Shown here piece by piece: positions 1 through 12,290 of a stretch of DNA of 64,000 nucleotides. Every line of letters begins with the position of its first letter. The first letter of the stretch is position 1. The notes under the pieces are model-generated. The model worked only from the letters and a program-made list of their open reading frames with translations, was not told where the DNA came from and made no database searches. Source of the DNA: Chiloscyllium plagiosum. Lineage: Eukaryota. Where the stretch lies: assembly GCF_004010195.1 (NCBI RefSeq), contig NC_057752.1:11379160-11443159 (forward strand). The letters are read 5' to 3'. Both the position numbers and the translations under genes were made by a program.

Positions 1-51
1 TCACAGATTAGACCAAGCTGCATCTGAAGGCTGCTCATTTACGGTGGCAGT

Positions 52-362
52 GGGCAGCACGGTGGCACAGTGGTTAGCACTGCTGCCTCACAGCGCCAGA
101 GACCCGGGTTCAATTCCCACCTCAGGCGACTCTCTGTGTGGAGTTTGCACATTCTCCCTGTGTCTGCGTGAGTTTCCTCCAGGTGCTCCGGTTTCCTCCC
201 ACAGTCCAAAGATGTGCAGGTTAGGTGAATTGGCCATGCTAAATTGCCCGTAGTGTTAGGTGTAGGGGAATGGGTCTGGGCGGGTTGCTCTTCGGAGGGT
301 CGGTGTGGACTTGTTGGGCTGAAGGGCCTGTTTCCACACTAAGTAATCTAAAAGGTAATCTA
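52..362 (+). mobile_element. tRNA-derived V-SINE (HE1-like, elasmobranch type), near full length
   Basis: Pol III A box (TGGCACAGTGG) and B box (GGTTCAATTCC). Central V-domain-like TGTGTGGAGTTTGCACATTCTCCC...CCGGTTTCCTCCCACAGTCCAAAGA. The 3' end (GGCTGAAGGGCCTGTTTCC) resembles the 3' ends of the CR1 LINEs in this window. Confidence 0.85.
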
Positions 363-1524
363 ATATTAATGCTTGTTCACGTTGCCCCTCCTGGCTTACT
401 GTTAGCATCCCTGCTTTGCCTCAATTAGCACAGTCACCCATCCAGACAGCTTACTTTGCTGGTTCAGTCAAGGGTGCAGACATCTTACACAGCAGAGTGC
501 TGAATCAATCTCCTAGTTACACTATATGCCAGAGCTTAAATGGCAAGCACGTTGCAAGCAAATTGCCATAGCTCAAATTCTTAGCAAAATCCATCCAGGC
601 ACCCGTCAGTCACTGCTTCTGGCGAAGCAAATCGAAGGTCACCTCCAATCCCACTACAGGCTGCAGTGATCTCAGTCATTGTCTGTGTTTCTACAGCCCA
701 GGGAGTAGGTCACAGTCAGTCCAACGGCTCCATAGCAATATCTGGGGGCAGGACTAATGTGATCAGGGGTCTGGACACTTCTCATCTGGTCAGGTCACTC
801 AAGGGGATGCAACGCAGTCAGTCCATCGGGTTCATCCACAGGTGTTGAGGGAAAGGGGAGGGTGATGACCAGGGGAATGGCTGCAATGGGAGGAGAACTC
901 ACAAACCCATTCTTTGAGATGGGACTGTCGGAAGAGGGTAATCTGGAGGCTGTAAGGCATGGAAGATGACAACTGTGGATTTACAGAATCTGCAAGGGTT
1001 GAGCGGTTGACAATATGGTAAAGCATAGATGGGAAGGGGGTAATGTGGGAAGCAGTTGATCCACAGGAGCACCCTGGCTTCGAGGTGGGGAATGGAGAGT
1101 TGTGATGTGTGACCATCACTTTGTGGGGGTTGAGGGAGAACGGGCAGGTGAAGGCTCAAGTCAGTGGGTTGGGTGAGAACCTGGGGAGGCCCATGGTGTT
1201 CGTGGAAAGGGCGATCAGGAAAGAGATATTGATGTTCAATGCCCCTCAGCATTGTAGAGGTTAGAGGCTGGAAACCACTGGCCAGAGTGCACCCACTGTC
1301 GCCTTCCGTTGTACTGGATATCGAACGTGCGTGATGAGGAAAATAATAGCTGTGACCACACTGAGTGAATGGGATAGGTTTCTCAACCTTTTGAGGGATG
1401 GGCTGTAGGACCCACTGATTTGAGCTCCTTTAAAGGGAAACAATATTCTATATAGACCCAAACACTAAGTCTGACCCCAACAGGGTACAGACCTGGGACC
1501 CCTAATATCTGGTCGTTATAATAC

Positions 1525-2000
1525 ATTCCTGAGTTTTGAGAAGATTTGTAGCTCCGGTTGAGGTTCTGCTTTTTTTCCCACCCCCTGAGAAAAAGAACAG
1601 GAAATGACATCACCACAGGAAATGGTGTCACCAACCCAAGGAAACCTAAACACAAAAAGCAGACCATATCATCAGTGCTGCTTCCAGAGGCTCACTGATG
1701 TTACGTCTGAAACCGAACCTTCCGGCTCAGCAAGCAAACCTACGTCCTCATGAAGCTAAGAGGTCTGAGTAGTGTGGCAGTCATTTTCGAGATGTCTTTG
1801 ATGTAGGGGAGAGTGGCTAGGGTTTCTGGACATGTTTTGTCTGCTTGTTGGGGTTTGTTGCTGAGAAATCGGCAGACTGTGTTCGTTGGGTACCCATTCT
1901 TTTTGAATACACTGTATAGGTGATTTTCCTCTGCTTTTCATAGTTTCTCTGTGCTGCAGTGTTGGTGGCTCGTTGAAATACTGTTTGTTCTGCATCTCCC
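1525..2000 (-). mobile_element. Penelope-like retrotransposon fragments (RT thumb/linker on the minus strand plus terminal-region remnants)
   Basis: The minus strand of ~1757-1990 reads ...KAEENHLYSVFKKNGYPTNTVCRFLSNKPQQADKTCPETLATLPYIKDISKMTATLLRPL, which contains the NGYP and LPY motifs typical of the Penelope RT-EN linker. Confidence 0.7.
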
Positions 2001-2050
2001 TACTCCAGACATTACTGACCGCCTCATTCATACCAAGGTTTTTGGATGAT

Positions 2051-2431
2051 TTGGAGGTGCTGGTGTTGGACTGGGCTGTACAAAGTTTAAAAATCACACA
2101 CCAGGTTATAGTCCAACTGTTTTATTTGGAACCACTAGCTTTCGGAGCGCTGCTTCTTCATTGGGTGGTTGTGCCAAGAGGTACTGAGCCAGGGGAGGAA
2201 CCAGCCTTCAGTCTTCTCTTGGGACACTCCAGAGGTCGGCAAGCCCTCCACCCTCTGATCTTTGGAGGTTCACACCAAGGAGGGTGAGAGAGAGAGAGAG
2301 ACAAAGAAGACAACCACCTGATGAAGGGGCAGTGCTCCGAAAGCTAGTGGGTCCAAATAAAACAGTTGGGCTATAACCTGGTGTGTGATTTTTAAACTTT
2401 GTACAGGCCAGTCCAACACCAGCACCTCCAA
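2051..2431. mobile_element. Fold-back repeat, family C: inverted arms 2051-2172 and 2310-2431 around a ~137-bp spacer; hammerhead motif in the right arm
   Basis: The arms are near-perfect reverse complements (TTGGAGGTGCTGGTGTTGGACTGG... / ...CCAGTCCAACACCAGCACCTCCAA). The same family recurs at 25590-25803 and 48404-48586. Confidence 0.8.
2314..2350 (+). ncRNA. Minimal type I hammerhead ribozyme motif (family C)
   Basis: CCAC-CTGATGA-A-GGGGC agt GCTCC-GAAA-GC-TA-GTGG. Stem I is CCAC/GTGG, the core CUGAUGA/GAAA is intact, stem II is GGGGC/GCUCC, helix III is the palindrome AGCU, and the predicted cleavage is after CUA (2346). Activity is not shown. Confidence 0.7.
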
Positions 2432-4989
2432 GGAGAATCTTATTGAAACACAAGATGCTGAGAGGGATCAACAACGCAGATGCTGAAGAGATATTTCCCT
2501 TCAGGTGTAATCTAGGACTCAGACTCAGTTTTGAAATAAAGGATTCTTCAGTTAAGATGAAAATGAGTTATTTCTCCCAGGCAAAATTTGTCTCTGCTGT
2601 CTTGAGTAAAGAATTCCAAAGCACACGCATGTGCACCCTCATGCTGGCAGTTTCCAATTGTGAACCACTTTTTTTTCCAAATTGTTATTGACTGAAAATA
2701 TTCCTCTACTAATATAGGAAAGAAATTAGATATGTGCTTAAGTTCAGAAAGCTGCATGACGAGAAACATATGGCAATTCAAAATAATTTAAATTATCTTT
2801 CTCCCACTCAAGCTGTAAGAGATGGTCAGGAAGCCTTTTTTCAAAGTGATTTGCTCAACTTTTCACAATTATGAAATCATTTTTCTTCATGTTGGGAAAG
2901 ACTCCCATTGCCTCCAATCTACTTGTGACCAAGTAAATGTTCACGCTGCTCACCATTTGTGGTGAACACAGCTCAAATTTTACAGCAGTCTTGTACAAGG
3001 TACTGGGGTGTATCCTGACCTCCTCAACGGTATGTATGTTGAAAGTTGAACAGTTATACATTACAAAGCTTGGGTTCAGCATTTGTTGTTTCGGGTCAAT
3101 TCTCTGCATCATTGGCCTTTTGACATAGTGCTAGCATTTCATGAGGACGGGTGTGGAGGGTGGTGAGCATGCCAGTTTCCCGTCACTATTTTGGGAAGAG
3201 ATAGGTAGGCTCTTAGGTAAATGGCTTTTGGGCTCCTTGTGGCATTGGGAACAAAAATATCTGCTGGGAGGTGTCCTCCCAATGATGGTCTGGGACGGCC
3301 AGTGCTCCAGGCTGCTTTGGGGTTCTTCCCATCTGGCTGGCACTGCTGCAGTCGGAGATTGCCCCAACCCCTTCACAACTTTGGCCCAATTGCTAAGGCC
3401 ATTATGTTTAAGACCAATAAAAGTTGCGAAAAGGGTGCTGCCATTTCGCCACGTCCTCTCCCACAGGCTGAACTTCATTCTGCTGCTTTTACCAAACTGG
3501 AAAACCCCTAGCTTTGAGAACCTGCCCAACATCCTTAATTGGACAACAGTTAACATGCTGCAGCTATTATTTAGCCAGTGCATGGAGCATCACTGTTTCC
3601 CACACGGCGCAAAGTCAAGATCCTTGTTTGACCATGAGTATCAGGCCAAAATCCTGCTCATGATTTTCAAATTCAGAAAGCTTGATTAAAGTTCAAGGTT
3701 CTCCACAGGACAAGGCTGAAATTCTCCAAGTTGTGTTGCAGCTTTCACTATCTGTATGAGTTAATGTTTTCTAATCGGAGGAGTACCCAATTTTGTTTTC
3801 AATAGCTTTGCAGACAAAACTGCACATAATACTGAGATGAGTATATTTCCAGGTAGGATTGTGTTTTGACTTGATTTCTCCTTTTGAAACGTTGTGATAC
3901 TGGAATAGTGTTTTTGAAGTTAATAAAATTAGAAGTATGTGGAATTAGTGGCAACCTTTTGATAGGAATTGGTAAGACTGTCGTACACAACTGGTAGTGA
4001 GTATTTCGAGGAGGGAAGCATTTGCATTCAATAGCACTTTACACGACGCAACCACAATGTCCTTATACACTTCCCAGCTAGCGAAGTACTTTTGAGGTAT
4101 TGTGTGTGGATGGAAGCCATAAATTATACTTAGTGAGTGGTCAAAACTCTGGCAGATTGAGTTCAGTGTGGGGTGTGTAAGGCGAGCCACTTTAGACTAA
4201 CAAAAGAGTTTTGGTTGTTTAAATGGTGAGCTGTTCAGAATTATGGAGGAGAAGCTGAATATTGGGGCTCGGGTGTAAAAGAAAACCACTACAGATCAGT
4301 GAACAAGTACAAACAATTTAAAAAGCAAATTGGATGTTGACTGTTATCCAATGAGGGCTACAATACACAGGGAAGAAATGAGAGTTCAGCTGTACAGAGT
4401 TCTGGTGGCATCCTATCTGGAGTAACCATTTTCTGTTCTGGTACCAGACCTCAAAGTGGGAATAGCAGCCTTGGCGGAGGTGCAGTTAAGTGGGCTACCA
4501 AATAAGTTGAGTAAGCTCGGTTTGATTTCCTTAAGCTATATTCAAAGGCCGGTAGATATCTAGAACTCACTTTCTCCTCCTTCCTCAGCATGCCCCACAC
4601 CACGCCGCCTTTAAAAAAATCTATTGCGACTGGGTCAATTGAAAGTTTGCAAACTAATATTTTAGCCTGAAGATGGTGGGAACCCCACCTGGCTGTAACA
4701 CCTAATTTAGGTCAGAACATTCTAGTTCTAGAACAAAGGCAGGTAGTATGGTATTAAAGTGCAGACCAGTTGTGATCTAACTGGTGGACTGACTTGAGGC
4801 TGCAAGACTAGTTCCTGGTTCTATTTTATATTATTTTGGATTTAGATTTTGTCTTGTGATGAGTAGCTTAGGAACCAGTCATCTCTTTTTATTAATTCTC
4901 ATGCTAAGCTTTTTTATATTTTTTTATCGTGAACGTTTTTCAGTTCATTACATTCATTCCAGTGTAATAATTCATATTTTTCCCTTCAG

Positions 4990-5099
4990 GATGGTCAGAC
5001 CAAGGCTGACGATTTATGTTTGTCAGGAATTACAACAAATTCGAGAGCAGCAGCAACATAAACATGAAAATGGTGATTCTGTAAGCTGTTCTTTCTATG
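4990..5099 (+). CDS. TFCP2: TFCP2 internal coding exon (R)MVRPRLTIYVCQELQQIREQQQHKHENGDSVSCSFY(V)
   Basis: Acceptor tttcccttcag and donor gtaagt. The peptide matches the TFCP2 segment RMVRPRLTIYVCQE...REQQ...KHE.GDS better than the UBP1 or TFCP2L1 equivalents. Phases join with the next exon. Confidence 0.93.
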
Positions 5100-5116
5100 G
5101 TAAGTAAATTTGTGTA

Positions 5117-5309
5117 CAGTCAGTTCTTCTATATCCTGCATTACAAAAAAATCACATTTTAGAAACAGCGCTTAGTGTTGGCGATGTAATCACGTTCCAG
5201 CCAATGCATGTTTTAAAAGTTTGCACTTTAGAAACTGCATCTCCAATATGTCAATCATGTTACAGCGAATTCACATTAACACAATGCATGTTATAAGCAG
5301 AACAACCCG
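5117..5309. mobile_element. Tc1/mariner-superfamily (Tigger/pogo-like) MITE
   Basis: TA flanks at 5115-5116 and 5310-5311. Imperfect terminal inverted repeats CAGTCAGTTCTTCTATA / TATAAGCAGAACAACCCG. No coding capacity. Confidence 0.55.
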
Positions 5310-5439
5310 TACCACACTCTAACATACTGAAATCAATTTCATTTGCCATGCTTTGTGCAGGCTTGTCTGGTGGGGGATAAAATGCTCCTCCTTTTGTGTA
5401 TGCATGTATGACATGCAAACCTCTACTTCAAAAGAGGCT

Positions 5440-6040
5440 GATAGTTCTTTGAAAATTGCATCACAGGTACATAGGGTGGTTTTAAAAAAGTTTGGCATGC
5501 TTGCCTTTGTTGCTCAGACCATTGAGTGTATGAGTTGGGATGTCATGTCGCCGTTGTACAGGATGTTGGTGAAGCCACTTTTGGAGTACTGTTGCAGTTC
5601 TGGTTGCCCTGCGAGAAAAGATTTAAGGGCATGTTACCGGTACTTGAGGGTTTGAGTTATGAGAGGCTGGTTACATTGGGACGACTTTTCACTGGGAGCT
5701 TAGGAGGTTGCGGGGTGACTTTTTTTTAGAGGCTTATAAAATCATTAGGGGAATAGGGTAAATAACAAAGGCTTTCCCCAAGGGTAGGGGTGATGAAAAT
5801 TAGGAGACATATTTTTAAGGTGGCTGGAAAAAGATTTAAAAGGGGCCTCAGGGTCAACTTTTTCCACACACAAGGTGGTTGTATGTGGAATGAACTGTCA
5901 GAGGAAGTGATCGATGCAGGGGCAGTTGCAACATTTAAAAGACATTTGGACAGGTAAGTTGATAAGTTTAGAGGGATATGGACCAAATGCAGGTAAATGG
6001 GACCGGTTCAGCGTGGAAAGTTGGTCAGCTGTATGAGTCT
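5440..6040 (+). mobile_element. CR1-type LINE 3' fragment (degenerate)
   Basis: Encodes ...FGMLAFVAQTIE...LYRMLVKPLLEYC, followed by the CR1 3' end shared with 45421-46397. Confidence 0.85.
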
Positions 6041-6554
6041 GACTGTAAGAATTGTTTGCTTTTCAACACTCTCCCTTGGAGCAGGCCCATTCTTGGCCAC
6101 GAGTTTTAAAGTGCGCAGTTGTGAAGAGTTGTGACTCTGCCTTAAAACTATTCATCTGGAACATTCTATTTTGCGTGTGTGTTTACCCTTGTGCTATTGT
6201 CTTGTCTGTTTGAATTTGGAAGGCTCATTGATTTCCCATGGCTATTCTTAGCTCAGGTCAGCTCCCTGTTATATTTTGGATTTTTGCCTGACTGTAAGTA
6301 TGAGTAAACCCAAAAACTCATGATAAAAGCTAACTGAAAAATAACAGACTAGAGGTGAAGAATCCAGGAGGTTCATGTTCTTATCTATTTTATCTTGGGA
6401 TTATTGTCATTGCTTCCATATCCATCTATAGAGAGTTAATTTGCTGATGTTGGACAAGGCACCTGCACTGCAACACCACACACACCATCTACACAGTGCT
6501 TGTGTTTAAAGCATATGTTGTGGGTCTTATTGTTTGACTTGGTAGTAATTTTGA

Positions 6555-7070
6555 TTGAGTCAGAATGCTCTGTTGGAAGCACATTTCAGATCTCAACGCA
6601 ATTTCAGCTGAGATTTCAACACTGCACTATTTGCTGTATTGCTCATCCTTCCTTCTGATGTGATAAATGGAGGATTCATTGCCTTTGCAGGTTGATGTTA
6701 ACTATGCTGTGTCACTAGTCAAACAACAAGGAGCTCTTCCCATGTCCTTGCCAACGTTCTTTCCTCAAACAGGGTAAATAATCCTGAGGTGAGGGATTCA
6801 AAACCCACAGTGGCAGCTGGTGGAATTTAAATTCACAGAATCAATAAATTTGGAATTAAAAGCTCAATAGATTGACTGACTGAGAAACTAATGGTTTTCA
6901 TTTAAAAAGAAAACCCATCTTGTTCACAGGCATACCTTAGAGAAGGATATCTGTGTTTTTCCTTGGTTTGCCTGATATGTGACACAGTCCCACAGCGATG
7001 TGGCTGGCTCTATTTTAATTGTCCTCTGCATCAATCCGTAATAGCCAATCATGAGGTCCATTAATAAAAC
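6555..7070 (+). mobile_element. Two degenerate SINE remnants (DeuSINE/SacSINE-like at ~6555-6780; a second SINE at ~6786-7070)
   Basis: The first resembles the Deu-domain SINE consensus from memory. The second is similar to the SINE at 42603-42932 (CCCAC..TGGCAGCTGGTGGAATTTAAATTCA). Confidence 0.45.
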
Positions 7071-7120
7071 CAGACAGGAACCTGGCATCAATCTAGGTAC
7101 AAAAGTGACAAAGGCTACCA

Positions 7121-7690
7121 CCTACTTGCGGAACGTTTCAGAGAACACCTCTGGGACACCCGGACCAACCAACCCAACCACCCTGTAGCTCAACATTTCA
7201 ATTCCCCCTCCCACTCCACCAAGGATATGCAGGTCTTTGGACTCCTCCATCGTCAGACCACAACGAAACGACGGTTGGAGGAAGAACGCCTCATCTTCCG
7301 GCTAGGAACCCTCCAACCACAAGGCATGAACTCGGATTTCACCAGTTTCCTCATTTCCCCTCCCCCCACCCTGTCTCAGTCAAATCCATCAAATTCAGCA
7401 CCGCCTTCCTAACCTGAGATCTTCTTCCCGACCTCTCCGCCCCCACCCCAGTCTGACCTATCACCCTCACCTTGACCTCTTTCCACCTATCACATTTCTG
7501 ACGCCCCTCTCCCAAGTCCCTCCTCCCTACCTTTTATCTTAGCCTGCTGGACAAACTTTCCCCATTCCTGAAGAAGGGCTTATGCCCGAAACGTCGATTC
7601 TCCTGTTCCCTGGATGCTGCCTGACCTGCGCTTTTCCAGCAACACATTTCCAGCTCTGATCTCCAGCATCTGCAGACCTCACTTTCTCCT
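7121..7690 (+). mobile_element. 5'-truncated Penelope-like (Neptune-type, family A) element with GIY-YIG C-terminus and hammerhead motif
   Basis: Highly similar to 57658-58223. Encodes ...AERFREHL...RRLEEERLIFRLGTLQPQGMN. Flanked by the direct repeat CAAAGGCTACCACCTAC (7109-7125 and 7691-7707, partly microhomology). Confidence 0.9.
7564..7599 (+). ncRNA. Minimal hammerhead ribozyme motif (family A)
   Basis: ATTC-CTGAAGA-A-GGGC ttat GCCC-GAAA-CG-TC-GATT. The core is intact, helix III is the palindrome ACGU, the cleavage triplet is GUC, and stem I is weak (one mismatch). Confidence 0.65.
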
Positions 7691-8319
7691 CAAAGGCTAC
7701 CACCTACCCAGTCACCTCTGCAAGGTGGTCCTCCTCCTAACCCCTCAGTAACTTGGAGATGATAAAAGTGTATGCCTGATATAAGTAGCTTGAAGATTAT
7801 TGTAAAAGTAGAAAGCCTGTAGTTAGAGACAACTGAGCAACCCAAATGTTCTTAAGCTACATGGGGTAGTTGTTTAGTAGTTAGCAGTATATCATTGAGT
7901 ATTTCCATCTGTTAAGTAAGTTTGTCTCTGAAGTAGAGGGCACCTCAAACAATGAAATGTGTCTCCTGACAAGTTGCAAAGAGGGTGAAATGAGGCAAAA
8001 AATAACGCGTGTCAGACCCCAAAATTGTGACAGTTACATGCAGTAAATGTAAGGGTAAAATTTCAAGGGGAAAAAAAATTTGAAGAAAATTCTGCCCAGT
8101 CAAGTGAAGACAAATCCAAATGTTTTATGTGTGTGCTAAGGGCAGAACAATAAGAAAAGAGTAAGGCCTCAAAGAGCCACAAAAGATGCATGTAAGTAAG
8201 GTTCTTTAATGAATGTCTGCAAGGTTACCTTCATGAAATGAGACTGATGATTGCATTGAGGAAGGTGAATCTGAACTACTTGATAGAAAACAAAAACTTT
8301 GTATGAGGGTGGATATTAC

Positions 8320-10420
8320 AAACATATGAATTGGAAGCAGGAGGAAGCCATTCAGCCCCTCTAACCAGCACTGCTAATCAATAAGATTAAAGTCACATTC
8401 CGATCAGTCTTAATTACATGTCTCTACTTACTCATGATAACCTTTGACTCCCTTGTTAGTCAAGAATGTACCTATTTCTGCCATAAATATATTCAATAAC
8501 TCCCACCTCCTCCATTCTCTCGGGAAGAAAGTTACAACGTCTCCCATCCTTTGGAGACAGAGAAAATCCTCAACATCTCCCTGTTAAATGTGAGGCACCT
8601 TAGTTATAAATTGTGTTGCCTAGTTCTAGTCTCTCAAACATTCTTTTTAGGATCCAGTCTAAGACACCTCAGGATCTTGTGTTTAAATAAGATCCCCTCT
8701 CGTTTTTCTAAACTCCTATAGATTCAGGCCCAATCTGGGGGACAGTTGGAGATATGGGTAGCACGCAAGGGGGTGATCTCTGAAAGCAATTCTCTTGCCC
8801 TTGATCCCCACTGCGCAAGGAGCGAAAGAAACCTTAATGCTAGATCCTCTGAGGAGTTTGCCTCAACTGGTAGACTTCAGGACCTAGAAGCTGCTGGCTG
8901 GCAGCTTCTGTCGATTTCTGAATTGGGCAAGATACTCTACCTTCCTTGTTTCTCTGCTTTTGGTGCACTTATTGGATCAGTCTTGGCAGTGGGTGTGGCC
9001 AGTTAGCTAGTTTTCACTCTTGGAAAATATATGGGCAAAAGTCTGCTCTGAGTGTTAGGCCACATCTTTATACAACTGCAGCAAAACATACTTATTTTTC
9101 TATTCCACTCCACTTGCAATAAATGCTAGTATTCCATTTGCCATCCTTATCACTTGCTGTACCTGCATGTTAGCATTGTGATGAATGTACCAGGATGCAC
9201 AGATTCCTCTGTCCCTCAGAGTTGTGCAATCCCTCTCCATTAAATAATATGCTCCTTTCTTAATCTTCCTGCCAAAGAGGACCAGCTCACAGTTATCCAT
9301 AATTTACCCTATCTGCCAAAGTTTTAGTATGTCAAAATCCTCTGGAGACTCCTGATCACAATTTCCCTATTATCCTTTTGTCATCAGCAACTTTAGTAAT
9401 CATGTATTTGTTCCCTTCATTTAATAAATAATTGATGTAAACTGCAAATAATTGGGGTCTAACAGTGATTCCTGTGGCTCACTACTTGTCACATCCTGCC
9501 AACCTGAAAATGACCAATTTATGCCCACACCCTGCTTATTTGCCAACCAGTCCTTAGTGTTAATACTTTACTTGCGTGGTAATTTTTGTGGCATCCTGTC
9601 AAATGCCATTTGGAAATCGAAGTGCAGTGCATCCACCGGTTCTCCTTTATCTGGGTAGCCTGTTGCTTCAAAAGACTCCGCGTTTGACTAATTTATTATT
9701 CTTTTACAATGGCATGTCAAGTCTGTCAGATTACATTAAGATTTTCTAAGTCTCTCAACAGATTCCAACAATGTTAGGCTAACTGACCTGTAGGTTCCTG
9801 AATTTAGTGTCTGACTTTTCTTGAGTAAAGCACATTTGCTATTTTTTTCCAATCTTCTGGGGCCTTTTTACTGAATCTAGGGAGCTTTAGAAATTAAAAA
9901 CCAATGCACATGCTATCTTAGTAACCACTTTTTCTAAAACTCTAGGATGCAGGCCATCAGGACTAGGGGTCTTGTAAGGATTTGACATCTTTGAAAGTAG
10001 ATAAATCAATAGACCTGGACAAAATATGACCCAGGTTGTTTGAAGAAACGACGGAGGTAATTACAACAGGTCAGGTCATACGTTTCAATCTTCCTTGAAT
10101 TCAGGAACCATACCAAAGATTTGAAGGTTTGCCAATATTGTATGGTTCAAAATGGGAGGAAGACATAATCAAAATAATATAAGCCAATTAGCTTAACTTT
10201 CTTTATGGGCAAATTATTGGAAATCATTTTGACGGGCAGTCTAAAACCTTTTTTAGAAAAGCTTAACTGAATGAAGATACATCAGCCTGATTTTGATGGA
10301 AGATCACTATCTGACCAGCTTAATTGAATATTTTGGTGTGGTGACAAGTAGGTGGTTGAGAGTAATATAGACTTGGACTTGGGCTTCAGTAGTGTTATTG
10401 TTAAGGTCCCACATGGTATT
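8320..10420. mobile_element. Cluster of old CR1-type LINE fragments (minus at ~8320-8735 and ~9050-9985; plus at ~9985-10420)
   Basis: Remnants such as QVQQVIRMANGILAFIASGVE (9100-9300, minus) and DKS.../NYKPISLT-like segments, with many stops. Confidence 0.65.
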
Positions 10421-10435
10421 GGAGCGATCAAGATC

Positions 10436-12290
10436 TAAAGCACTGAAAAAGGCCTTTCAGCCCTTCAAGTCTACACTAGTTAAAAACAGCCAACTAACTA
10501 GTCTTGTCCCATTTCCAGCACTTGACCTGCAGCCTGAATGCCTTGTGTACAGCTCAATACTCCCTTAATATTATGAAGGTTGCTGCCTCTACCACCCTTA
10601 GCTCCAGATTCCATCAACCCTTTGGTTTAGAAACAAGCTTTTCCTCTCATCTCCTGTAAACCTCCTGACCTTTACCTTAAATCTATGTTCCCTGGTCATT
10701 GATCCCTCCACCAAGAGGAAAGGTTTCTTCCTGTCTATGGCCCCTATAATATTATACATCTGAATCATGTCTCCTCTCACCCCTTTCTCCCTCCCCCACC
10801 CACACACACACACACAGTTTTCTCTCTTCCATAGAAGAAAACCCCAGTCTGTTCAATCTTTCCTCTTCAGAGAAACTCTCCAGTCCAGGCGATATCCTGG
10901 TAAGTTTCCATCTGCACCCTCCCCAGTGCTGTCATATCCCTCCTATAATGTGGATTCCGGAACTGTACATTATACTCTGTCTATGGCCTGACCAATGTTT
11001 TGTACAGTTCCAGCATAACAACTTTGTTCCAAAATTGTGTCTAGGCTAATAAAAGTTAGCCTTTGTTATGTATGCTGCCTTAACCACTTTATCTACCTGT
11101 CCTGCTACCTTAAGGGGCTGGTGTACATATGCACCAAGGTCCTTCTGGTCCTCTCTGCTTCTCAGGATCTTCCCGTTCATCATATATTCTCTGCCTTGTT
11201 TGTCCTGCCCAAGTACATCACTTTAAACTTATCCAGATTTCATTCCATTTGGCACTGTCAGTTCCTCTGACCAGCCCATCTACAGCCGCTTGTAATCTAA
11301 GGCTATTCTATATTCAAGTCTAAATAGTTTATATAAACCACAAACAACGAGGGTCCCAATACTGATCTCTTTGGGACCCCACTGGACTCAGGATACCAGT
11401 CTGAAAAACACCCACTGACCATCACCCGCTGCTTCCTGCCATTCAGCTAATTCTGGATCCAATTTATCAACTTCCCTTGGATCCCATGGGCTCTTAGTTT
11501 TGCCGTCGTAGCGCCCTTACCTACACACCTGGTCACATCTTCGAAAAATTCAATCAAATCATTCCCCTTAACAAAACCTGAGTAATCCCTGCCTCTCCAA
11601 ATATAGATTAATTTTGTCCCCCAGAATTGCCTCCAATAGCTTTCTCACTACTAAAGTTAGATTGACCAGCCTATAGTTTCCTGGTTTATCTCTTGCTCCT
11701 TTCTTGAATAATGGCACCACATTAGTTGACCTCCAGTCCTGTGGCACCTATCCTGTGGCCAACGAGGAATTGAAAACTATTGCCAGTATTCCTGCTATTT
11801 CCTCCCTTGCCTCACTCAACACCCTGGGATATATGTCACTCAGCCCTAGAGATTTATCTACTTTTAAGCCTGTCTGACCACTCAAACTCCTGTCAATTGT
11901 AACTACTTTAATTATATTGCAGTCCTTCTCCCTGACTTCTATACCTATATCATCCCTATCACAAGTGAGCACCAGCACAAAGCATTGATTTGGAACCTTA
12001 CCTATATCCTCTGGCTCCATGCACACACTACCACTGTGATCCTGAATGGGCCCTACTCTTTCTCTAGTTGTCCTTTTTGTCCTTAATGTACTTGTAATAT
12101 TTTAAGATTTTCCTTTATTTTACCTACCATTATCCTTTCATATCCCATTTTGGACACCTGATTTCCTTTTTAACTTGTCGCATTCTTTACTCCTCGAGGA
12201 CTTCTGATTTTGAGCCCTTGGTATCTGCCATCAGCCTCCCTTTTTCTCTTTATCCAATCTTGAATCCCTTTTCATCTATGGTTTTCTGGG
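10436..12290 (-). mobile_element. CR1-type LINE ORF2 fragment (degenerate)
   Basis: Minus-strand peptides KVDKSLGLSDIYPRVLSEAREEIAG and RGDMIQMYNII...TREHRFKV. Confidence 0.85.

Noticed and set aside
52..125. tRNA gene
   Set aside because: The A and B boxes belong to the SINE head, and the sequence continues into the SINE body.
1660..1750. Hammerhead in the fourth (Penelope) family
   Set aside because: CACTGATGTTACGTCTG lacks stem II and the GAAA before GTC, so any motif here is deleted or broken.
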